32,000 bases of DNA from Candidatus Magnetaquiglobus chichijimensis. GTDB lineage: Bacteria; Pseudomonadota; Magnetococcia; Magnetococcales; Magnetaquicoccaceae. The notes below the pieces were generated by a model that saw only the letters and a program-made list of their open reading frames with translations, searched no databases and was not told the origin of the DNA. Numbering within the stretch: the first letter of the stretch is position 1; each line of letters starts with the position of its first letter. Of the stretch, positions 8,842 through 19,484 are shown piece after piece. The stretch spans positions 2,167,471-2,199,470 of the forward strand of contig NZ_BAAFGK010000004.1 in the NCBI RefSeq assembly GCF_045865675.1, given 5' to 3'. The position numbers and the translations under genes are program-made.

Positions 8842-9132
8842 ATGTATGTTCTCGTCGCTTATGATGTGTCCACGGTGCATGCAGCAGGCCGCCGACGTTT
8901 GAGACGTGTCGCCAAGGCGTGTCTTGACTATGGACAGCGGGTCCAAAATTCGGTATTTGAATGCAAAGTCGATCCAGCCCAATTCACCCAATTCAAACAC
9001 AGGTTGCTGGAGATCATGGATCCGACCGAGGACAGCATTCGGTTTTATAATCTGGGTGCCGAGTGGCATCACCGCGTGGAACACTACGGCATCAAGGTGT
9101 CCTATGATATCGATGGCCCATTAATCGTCTGA
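8842..9132 (+). CDS. cas2: Cas2
   Basis: 96 aa. [10 protein letters not shown]...[23 protein letters not shown]...IRFYNLG is the typical Cas2 pattern. Confidence 0.95.
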   Translation: MYVLVAYDVSTVHAAGRRRLRRVAKACLDYGQRVQNSVFECKVDPAQFTQFKHRLLEIMDPTEDSIRFYNLGAEWHHRVEHYGIKVSYDIDGPLIV

Positions 9133-9343
9133 TGCTCCAGCCAACGCCAGTGCCACCAAACGCCCCACGCGAAACCCAAGCGCACAGAGTGGCGTTTCAA
9201 CAAGAAAAACAAATGAAAACTGTTTGATATCATATTATTATTGTAGAATTCCCCGGTTCCGTCATTCAACATTCAAACCCATTCATCTGGAGGTTCGCGT
9301 AACGACCAATAAAAAATATTTAATATCAAAATGTTGTATTGCA
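9133..9343 (+). promoter_or_regulatory. CRISPR leader (AT-rich)
   Basis: It lies between cas2 and the first repeat. The 9185-9343 stretch is conspicuously AT-rich in an otherwise GC-rich locus. Repeat orientation (3' ...ATTGAAAC) implies + strand transcription from here. The exact promoter was not resolved. Confidence 0.7.
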
Positions 9344-12300
9344 GCAGCCCCCCACGCGGGGGCGCGGATTGAAACTTATGCCAATCGTCAAGAGATCCGG
9401 TGTTAAGGTGTCGCCCCCCACGCGGGGGCGCGGATTGAAACTTCAGTTGTTGCATTTTTTGCAACAGCTGATTGGTCGCCCCCCACGCGGGGGCGCGGAT
9501 TGAAACTCTTGCGCGCCAACCGGGACCGGCAATGATCCGAGTCGCCCCCCACGCGGGGGCGCGGATTGAAACCTAACGCCGCTTCAATGAAAATCCTGCG
9601 CCTCGTCGCCCCCCACGCGGGGGCGCGGATTGAAACTCCGGGAGCAATCCTGAGAACCCCTTGCAGGGTGGTCGCCCCCCACGCGGGGGCGCGGATTGAA
9701 ACATTAGCTAACCAAACCGACAGATCAGAGGAGTAACGTCGCCCCCCACGCGGGGGCGCGGATTGAAACTCTTGACCGCCCGGTCAACAATCAAGGAGCC
9801 TGGGTCGCCCCCCACGCGGGGGCGCGGATTGAAACGGCCAGATCTTTTGTAAGCGCATAAGAAGGGACGTCGCCCCCCACGCGGGGGCGCGGATTGAAAC
9901 AAGGCACAGACCAACTTGCACACCTTGCCTGCGGGTCGCCCCCCACGCGGGGGCGCGGATTGAAACCCGGCATCATCCATTACCAGCACACCGGCGGCCA
10001 CGTCGCCCCCCACGCGGGGGCGCGGATTGAAACTGTGCTCCTTTTGCAGCTTGTCAAGTCACCACGGTCGCCCCCCACGCGGGGGCGCGGATTGAAACCC
10101 TATACCAACACCTATTAATAGCGCGCCGATAGTCGCCCCCCACGCGGGGGCGCGGATTGAAACCCCTTTCTGCCGCCCCCACGATCTTGATAGGACGTCG
10201 CCCCCCACGCGGGGGCGCGGATTGAAACCCCGTGGTGGCAAAGACGGGCCGCAGCGCGGTGGTCGCCCCCCACGCGGGGGCGCGGATTGAAACGTCTTGC
10301 CGAGGTGCGAAAGTAACTTCCGCCATGTCGCCCCCCACGCGGGGGCGCGGATTGAAACCGGAACGGTTTTACGATCGCACCCTGGAGACGTAGTCGCCCC
10401 CCACGCGGGGGCGCGGATTGAAACTGATACTCGACGAGATTGGCATTCAGGGCGGCACGGTCGCCCCCCACGCGGGGGCGCGGATTGAAACAGAAACGCC
10501 CCGTGGAGCGCGGCATTGTTGAGCTTGTCGCCCCCCACGCGGGGGCGCGGATTGAAACTCCGCGGTGAGAACCTGCAAGGTAGCTTTGAAAGGTCGCCCC
10601 CCACGCGGGGGCGCGGATTGAAACTAGGTCCATCTCATCCCACCGCGCGCCGCATGGTCGCCCCCCACGCGGGGGCGCGGATTGAAACATAAACGGTCAA
10701 GCTGTTTGTGGTCATGGCCTATCGTCGCCCCCCACGCGGGGGCGCGGATTGAAACCGCGCTGGTCTTGCTCGACCCGAACCACCAGTTGTCGCCCCCCAC
10801 GCGGGGGCGCGGATTGAAACGGGGGGATGGACGCCCCGGTGGAAATCACGATGGGTCGCCCCCCACGCGGGGGCGCGGATTGAAACATTGTGACAATGCC
10901 GCTTTTGCGGACTATGACGGTCGCCCCCCACGCGGGGGCGCGGATTGAAACATCTTGCTTGTTATCAGACGTCAAACGGAGCGTCGCCCCCCACGCGGGG
11001 GTGCGGATTGAAACCTTGTACAACCCTCTGGGCGCGAGCTTCAGCGGTCGCCCCCCACGCGGGGGCGCGGATTGAAACTGCTTACGGAGCGCGTTGACCA
11101 CATCGCGCATGGTCGCCCCCCACGCGGGGGCGCGGATTGAAACATGCGGGAACCCTTGAACGACTCGGAATTTTCCGGTCGCCCCCCACGCGGGGGCGCG
11201 GATTGAAACACTAATCCGTTTTAAGGATGATGCTGCGAATATGTCGCCCCCCACGCGGGGGCGCGGATTGAAACTACCATCCATGTCGGCGCGTCTATCA
11301 TCCGCCAGTCGCCCCCCACGCGGGGGCGCGGATTGAAACAGACTCTCCCGCAGCAATGTACTCAACACTAGGGTCGCCCCCCACGCGGGGGCGCGGATTG
11401 AAACCCCGTGGTGGCAAAGACTGGCCGCAGCGCGGTGGTCGCCCCCCACGCGGGGGCGCGGATTGAAACGCGTGGATGGCAGGGTTTCAAGGCGGAATGG
11501 GTGTCGCCCCCCACGCGGGGGCGCGGATTGAAACCTTGTAAGGGCCCTTGGCGTTGCGCGCGATCAGGTCGCCCCCCACGCGGGGGCGCGGATTGAAACA
11601 TTGTCTCAACCCTCCCGACCCGTGACTAGTAACGTCGCCCCCCACGCGGGGGCGCGGATTGAAACACCAACACCTACTACGACGCCGCTTTGGAGCAGTA
11701 GTCGCCCCCCACGCGGGGGCGCGGATTGAAACATCATTAAAACGGTGGTGGACTTCGGGATGGCGGTCGCCCCCCACGCGGGGGCGCGGATTGAAACGTC
11801 TGCCGTCGCCTCTCTGGGGCGACGGCAGGGGTCGCCCCCCACGCGGGGGCGCGGATTGAAACAAATACTTACAACCAAAACCACACCCTGCGACCGTCGC
11901 CCCCCACGCGGGGGCGCGGATTGAAACTTGCGCGTACCGGAGTAGAACACCATCATCAACGTCGCCCCCCACGCGGGGGCGCGGATTGAAACCAGTGCCG
12001 ACGACCTTCAGCCCGCAGAGTTTCAAAGTCGCCCCCCACGCGGGGGCGCGGATTGAAACATATAAAGTTCAATCGCGTCCCAGATGGTCAAACGTCGCCC
12101 CCCACGCGGGGGCGCGGATTGAAACCTCCGGATTCGCGGTTACCATCGCCAACGGCCGTCGCCCCCCACGCGGGGGCGCGGATTGAAACTTTGTGTCCGC
12201 CGGGAACGGAACCATCTCAATCGTCGCCCCCCACGCGGGGGCGCGGATTGAAACAACCACTGAACCGAAAGGGACGAACCGATGGAAGTCGCCCCCCACG

Positions 12301-15300
12301 CGGGGGCGCGGATTGAAACTCACGAAGTTGCTCGACAATAGGCGCCCAATGCGCGGTCGCCCCCCACGCGGGGGCGCGGATTGAAACTGTATCCCATATC
12401 AATCTCGCAGACATATTCCAAGTCGCCCCCCACGCGGGGGCGCGGATTGAAACTATGAAGGTCTCAGGCATGCTCCGTATCTCTGGTCGCCCCCCACGCG
12501 GGGGCGCGGATTGAAACCTCGGTACTCCCATCGGTCTTGTCGCCGACATGGAGTCGCCCCCCACGCGGGGGCGCGGATTGAAACTTTCACCCGCTCCCAC
12601 ACCGCTTGGCGTGTTGATGTCGCCCCCCACGCGGGGGCGCGGATTGAAACATGCCAACCACGGACTTGCCGACCTTGGCCCGGTCGCCCCCCACGCGGGG
12701 GCGCGGATTGAAACCTGGCCCGGATCGCGAAAAAATATGACGCCGTGGTCGCCCCCCACGCGGGGGCGCGGATTGAAACTACGAGGACTACGAAGGGATG
12801 TTGTGCGTTACAGGTCGCCCCCCACGCGGGGGCGCGGATTGAAACACCGTCTTTAAAACGGACTTGCAAATCCGCCTCCGGTCGCCCCCCACGCGGGGGC
12901 GCGGATTGAAACTGTGACTTGTAATACTCACACCATGGGAATCGCGGTCGCCCCCCACGCGGGGGCGCGGATTGAAACCGGTCACCCGGGAGAAATCCCG
13001 AATCGCCGCGTCGCCCCCCACGCGGGGGCGCGGATTGAAACGACACGATGTTGTATAGATAACTGACGTTAAACGTCGCCCCCCACGCGGGGGCGCGGAT
13101 TGAAACAATATCCAGGTAGCAGCGTCTATCATCCGCCAGATGGTCGCCCCCCACGCGGGGGCGCGGATTGAAACCTGCGGCGGGTACACGCCGACGCCCG
13201 TGTACAAGGGTCGCCCCCCACGCGGGGGCGCGGATTGAAACTTTTGAAATCTCTCACCCACACCCAGGGATTTTCGTCGCCCCCCACGCGGGGGCGCGGA
13301 TTGAAACCACATCGTGCCGTCCGGCAACCGCACATCACCGAGTCGCCCCCCACGCGGGGGCGCGGATTGAAACACCGGTCTCCGCGTCTGGGTCTTGCGA
13401 CCAGCCGGTCGCCCCCCACGCGGGGGCGCGGATTGAAACAACAGGCGCTTCAGGGCGTCACAGGCGGGAAGAGTCGCCCCCCACGCGGGGGCGCGGATTG
13501 AAACGAACGGATCGCTCGTGCATGGCTGATCGAGAAGGGGTCGCCCCCCACGCGGGGGCGCGGATTGAAACACCCTGGTCACAGCGTATACCAGACCGTC
13601 TCCTTGTCGCCCCCCACGCGGGGGCGCGGATTGAAACGCCCTGCCGTCGATCCAGAGAGGCGACGGCAGAGTCGCCCCCCACGCGGGGGCGCGGATTGAA
13701 ACTTTGATGTGGGATGCTGAAGAGATCAAAGCGAAAGTGTCGCCCCCCACGCGGGGGCGCGGATTGAAACGCCGTGTTTGTACACCGTCGCGCCATGCTC
13801 AACGCGTCGCCCCCACGCGGGGGCGCGGATTGAAACCTGCTCCCGGATTTGATGTGCATGATGTCATGTGTCGCCCCCCACGCGGGGGCGCGGATTGAAA
13901 CTTGGAAGCCACCATGGTGTTGATCGGCACCGACGGTCGCCCCCCACGCGGGGGCGCGGATTGAAACAGTCAAGAGGGGGTTTTCCTGCGCGGAAGGGCT
14001 GTCGCCCCCCACGCGGGGGCGCGGATTGAAACCAGCCCTGGCGATTAGACCGGTACTGCCGCGGACCGTCGCCCCCCACGCGGGGGCGCGGATTGAAACC
14101 TTGGCACTTGCGTATCGCGCCAAGGTCGCAAAGTCGCCCCCCACGCGGGGGCGCGGATTGAAACGCTGACCGTTGCCATGTCAACGCCACAAAATGTGGG
14201 TCGCCCCCCACGCGGGGGCGCGGATTGAAACGCCCTGCCGTCGCTCCAGAGAGGCGACGGCAGAGTCGCCCCCCACGCGGGGGCGCGGATTGAAACTTTG
14301 ATGTGGGATGCTGAAGAGATCAAAGCGAAAGTGTCGCCCCCCACGCGGGGGCGCGGATTGAAACGCTGATAATGCCAAGGTGCCAGCTGGCAGGCGTCGA
14401 GTCGCCCCCCACGCGGGGGCGCGGATTGAAACTGGGATCATGATTTCGCCATGCTTAAAGACCGTGTCGCCCCCCACGCGGGGGCGCGGATTGAAACCTT
14501 TGCGTTTTTCGCTTGCAATCGTCATAACGTGTCGTCGCCCCCCACGCGGGGGCGCGGATTGAAACGAGAGCAGACACACTCCTGTTCTTGGCGCGGTCAG
14601 TCGCCCCCCACGCGGGGGCGCGGATTGAAACTACATTATCGTAAATGGAAGGAGATGAATAAATGGTCGCCCCCCACGCGGGGGCGCGGATTGAAACGAG
14701 TCGATCACCGACTATCACACTTGGAGACGCCGTCGCCCCCCACGCGGGGGCGCGGATTGAAACATCGCATATCGTCCTCCCGCCGTGCTGCATCCGTCGT
14801 CGCCCCCCACGCGGGGGCGCGGATTGAAACAACCGGACGCGCGCCACGCAAGCGAGTCCAACAAGGTCGCCCCCCACGCGGGGGCGCGGATTGAAACTGT
14901 AATTCTTTCCTTGTCAAACCATCTGCAACGAGTCGCCCCCCACGCGGGGGCGCGGATTGAAACAGCGCGCGCAACGCGCCTGGTGCATCCGCTTTGAGTC
15001 GCCCCCCACGCGGGGGCGCGGATTGAAACCTTGCTCCAATACTTGGCGATGAGCAAGGCCACGGTCGCCCCCCACGCGGGGGCGCGGATTGAAACGTCTG
15101 CCGTCGCCTCTCTGGAGCGACGGCAGGGTCGCCCCCCACGCGGGGGCGCGGATTGAAACCAGCGTTATAGGCGGTCATGGTCAAAATATCATTGTCGCCC
15201 CCCACGCGGGGGCGCGGATTGAAACCGAGCAAGACGTATCACCGAGCAGCTTTTGACAAGGTCGCCCCCCACGCGGGGGCGCGGATTGAAACTTCCTGCC

Positions 15301-18300
15301 TGGCAGCATGTTCGCCAAAACGTTGGGTCGCCCCCCACGTGGGGGCGCGGATTGAAACAGACGGCTGGCGTTGTACCGGCACCGTTGACGCGTCGCCCCC
15401 CACGCGGGGGCGCGGATTGAAACATTGTCTCAACCCTCCCAATCAGTGACCATGCTGTCGCCCCCCACGCGGGGGCGCGGATTGAAACTGGAAGGTCTGA
15501 AAACAGTCAAACCGGTTGACGAGTCGCCCCCCACGCGGGGGCGCGGATTGAAACTTTGCGTTTGATTGCGTTTTTTGACTTGCAATCGGTCGCCCCCCAC
15601 GCGGGGGCGCGGATTGAAACTACATTACAGAAAGTGGAAGGAGATGAATAAATGGTCGCCCCCCACGCGGGGGCGCGGATTGAAACGGCACGCAACCGGC
15701 TAAATCCACGAAACACCTTGTCGCCCCCCACGCGGGGGCGCGGATTGAAACATAGACCCCCGGTGTCGCAAAAGTATCGGGCGTCGTCGCCCCCCACGCG
15801 GGGGCGCGGATTGAAACTGGCAATCTTTGTGGCGCTCATATTCAACCCTCGTTGCCCCCCACGCGGGGGCGCGGATTGAAACAAATACTTACCACCAAAC
15901 CGCGACCAGTAACCTGTCGCCCCCCACGCGGGGGCGCGGATTGAAACGACTTCACGGCACGCATCGAGTTTGACGGAGACAGTCGCCCCCCACGCGGGGG
16001 CGCGGATTGAAACCAAGTAACAGCTTTTCCTGTCTTCGGGATTTGTGGTCGCCCCCCACGCGGGGGCGCGGATTGAAACTTGCATATGCAAGCGTGGAAC
16101 ATGGTCACCACGTGTCGCCCCCCACGCGGGGGCGCGGATTGAAACTTGCATATGCAAGCGTGGAACATGGTCACCACGTGTCGCCCCCCACGCGGGGGCG
16201 CGGATTGAAACTTTCTTTCCACCGCGCGCGCGTCTGCTGCTCGACGTCGCCCCCCACGCGGGGGCGCGGATTGAAACGAAGCGCGGCAATTGCATGTGCC
16301 CTCCAACAGAGTCGCCCCCCACGCGGGGGCGCGGATTGAAACACTGGTCTCATAGAGGTGGCCACCTGTGCGCACAGGTCGCCCCCCACGCGGGGGCGCG
16401 GATTGAAACGTTTGTACGTCCGCACGATCAAACGCTTGCCATGTCGCCCCCCACGCGGGGGCGCGGATTGAAACGCGAACCTGCGCATGACAAGTCTTAA
16501 CGGCGCGGTCGCCCCCCACGCGGGGGCGCGGATTGAAACCGGTCCACACCACTTGGTCCCAGACAAGCACTTGTGTCGCCCCCCACGCGGGGGCGCGGAT
16601 TGAAACTGTAGTCGATGAGGTGGAGCTATCCGGGTGGCCAGGTCGCCCCCCACGCGGGGGCGCGGATTGAAACAGGAATAGACGGTGACTTATATACGAA
16701 ATATTGGTCGCCCCCCACGCGGGGGCGCGGATTGAAACTTCAGTGATCTCCTGGATGCGCTCCACCCGCACGGTCGCCCCCCACGCGGGGGCGCGGATTG
16801 AAACTCAAGTACCGCCTCGATGGCTTCAAGCGTCCGTTGTCGCCCCCCACGCGGGGGCGCGGATTGAAACTCATCGTAAGACAACGTGTTGGCTATCTCA
16901 TTGTCGCCCCCCACGCGGGGGCGCGGATTGAAACTGGTGGAGCGCGGGCTGGTTGTGCTGGGCGGTGAGTCGCCCCCCACGCGGGGGCGCGGATTGAAAC
17001 GACGGCGACCACCAAAACCCCCGGTCATTGTCGCGTCGCCCCCCACGCGGGGGCGCGGATTGAAACGTCGTCCACATGTCCACCGTCCGCCGCGCTGATG
17101 TCGCCCCCCACGCGGGGGCGCGGATTGAAACAAGGCGTCGATCATGTCTGGAGATGCGGCCATTGTCGCCCCCCACGCGGGGGCGCGGATTGAAACGCGT
17201 CGCGCAGGTCGGCGTGGCGAAGGTCAGCAGTCGCCCCCCACGCGGGGGCGCGGATTGAAACTGCCCAGAAGAATTCTTCCATGCGTGCGTTGTCGTCGCC
17301 CCCCACGCGGGGGCGCGGATTGAAACTGCCTCTTGAACCCGGAATAATCAACGTGATGGGTCGCCCCCCACGCGGGGGCGCGGATTGAAACTTTCTTTCC
17401 ACCGCGCGCGCGTCTGCTGCTCGACTCGTCGCCCCCCACGCGGGGGCGCGGATTGAAACGATCTGGCGCGGCTTTCTTGCTGGGCCGAAATGGTCGCCCC
17501 CCACGCGGGGGCGCGGATTGAAACAGGTTCGCGGCTGGGAGTTTTGCGCCGGAAACACGTCGCCCCCCACGCGGGGGCGCGGATTGAAACGTAGTCGATG
17601 AGGTGGAGCTATCCGGGTGGCCAGGGTCGCCCCCCACGCGGGGGCGCGGATTGAAACTGTGCGTCTAAAATGGCATTTTTCATTTCCGCACGTCGCCCCC
17701 CACGCGGGGGCGCGGATTGAAACTTTGCATGTGCTGCTCGATGCAGTCTCCGACTTGTCGCCCCCCACGCGGGGGCGCGGATTGAAACGAAGACATCCCG
17801 CGCAATAATTCGCGGGAGGATGTCGCCCCCCACGCGGGGGCGCGGATTGAAACCGTCCGCGCCCAGGGCAAAAAGATCGATCTTGCGGTCGCCCCCCACG
17901 CGGGGGCGCGGATTGAAACCGGCGCTTCCGCGTCACGATCACACTCGCACATCGTCGCCCCCCACGCGGGGGCGCGGATTGAAACGATGTGGCCGCCGCC
18001 GTCATCCGCCCGATAAATGTCGCCCCCCACGCGGGGGCGCGGATTGAAACCAGGTAAACCCGTCGTACTCGCAGTAAGATGGCTGTCGCCCCCCACGCGG
18101 GGGCGCGGATTGAAACTTTGTGCTACTCATGCAGCATGCGGCGGAGTTAAGTCGCCCCCCACGCGGGGGCGCGGATTGAAACAAGATCGAACAGGAAGGG
18201 CTGGACGAACTGGGGGAGTCGCCCCCCACGCGGGGGCGCGGATTGAAACATCAATCTTGATTGATGGCAAGCATCGCAGACCGTCGCCCCCCACGTGGGG

Positions 18301-19484
18301 GCGCGGATTGAAACCGATCATCTGGACCCATCGCGCCACATCTGCGGCAGTCGCCCCCCACGCGGGGGCGCGGATTGAAACCGTCCTGGTTCGGGCGGCC
18401 AGCGCCGACGTTGTAGGTCGCCCCCCACGCGGGGGCGCGGATTGAAACGACAGGAGCAGATACGGGCGACGGCGGGCATACGTCGCCCCCCACGCGGGGG
18501 CGCGGATTGAAACATTTCCGCACCGAGAAATGACGCGCCGGCAAGTTGTCGCCCCCCACGCGGGGGCGCGGATTGAAACCAGCGCAGCATGGATGTCGGG
18601 ATGGACAGACTTGTCGCCCCCCACGCGGGGGCGCGGATTGAAACTTTATTGGTATTGGTTAGCTCGGCATCGTCGCCCCCCACGCGGGGGCGCGGATTGA
18701 AACTTCGGGATGTAGAGGATAACCCTTTCGGATTTTGTCGCCCCCCACGCGGGGGCGCGGATTGAAACCTCTTTGTCGTCCTTGACGCCTTTTGCAGCGT
18801 CGCCCCCCACGCGGGGGCGCGGATTGAAACATAGCCAACAACTGATCAGGCGTTGCCATGGCCACAGTCGCCCCCCACGCGGGGGCGCGGATTGAAACGA
18901 CAGGAGCAGATACGGGCGACGGCGGGAATAGTCGCCCCCCACGCGGGGGCGCGGATTGAAACAAATCCTCATATCTCATGTCGGCGAATCGCAAGGTCGC
19001 CCCCCACGCGGGGGCGCGGATTGAAACGTATGCGTCAAGCATACTAAATATTGCGCGATCGTCGCCCCCCACGCGGGGGCGCGGATTGAAACCACGCATC
19101 CTTGACGCGGCGGATGGCCCGCATGACGTCGCCCCCCACGCGGGGGCGCGGATTGAAACGACACTCGCTGCATTTGTGCGCTTTGCGTGCCTGGTCGCCC
19201 CCCACGCGGGGGCGCGGATTGAAACGGACGGTCAGTCCGGGGGTCGCCCCATCTTTTCGTCGCCCCCCACGCAGGGGCGCGGATTGAAACGGGTATCGAT
19301 CTCGGTCAACGCGCCGTGAACCGTCGCCCCCCACGCGGGGGCGCGGATTGAAACATTCTTCAGGCGGTCAAGTGCGTGCGCACCCAAGTCGCCCCCCACG
19401 CGGGGGCGCGGATTGAAACGCCGGTGGGCAACCCATCTTGATCGGCCACCATGTCGCCCCCCACGCGGGGGCGCGGATTGAAAC
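9344..19484 (+). CRISPR. Type I-C CRISPR array, 155 repeats / 154 spacers
   Basis: The 32-nt repeat GTCGCCCCCCACGCGGGGGCGCGGATTGAAAC forms a 7-bp stem CGCCCCC/GGGGGCG with an 11-nt 3' handle. Spacers are 27-36 nt, mostly 33-35. Every unit was walked by hand. Variant repeats start at 9344, 10983, 13806 (31 nt), 15327, 15851, 18283 and 19259. Confidence 0.99.

Noticed and set aside
9224-19334. Dozens of ORF-track entries on both strands across the array, with recurring peptides such as [31 protein letters not shown] and [11 protein letters not shown].
   Set aside because: They are translations of the 32-nt CRISPR repeat in different frames. Their periodicity equals the repeat-spacer unit, so they are not genes.
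9376-19452. Self-targeting spacers against the rest of this window.
   Set aside because: I noticed no spacer matching the non-array sequence by eye, but a manual scan is not exhaustive. It needs a computed search, so no claim is made.
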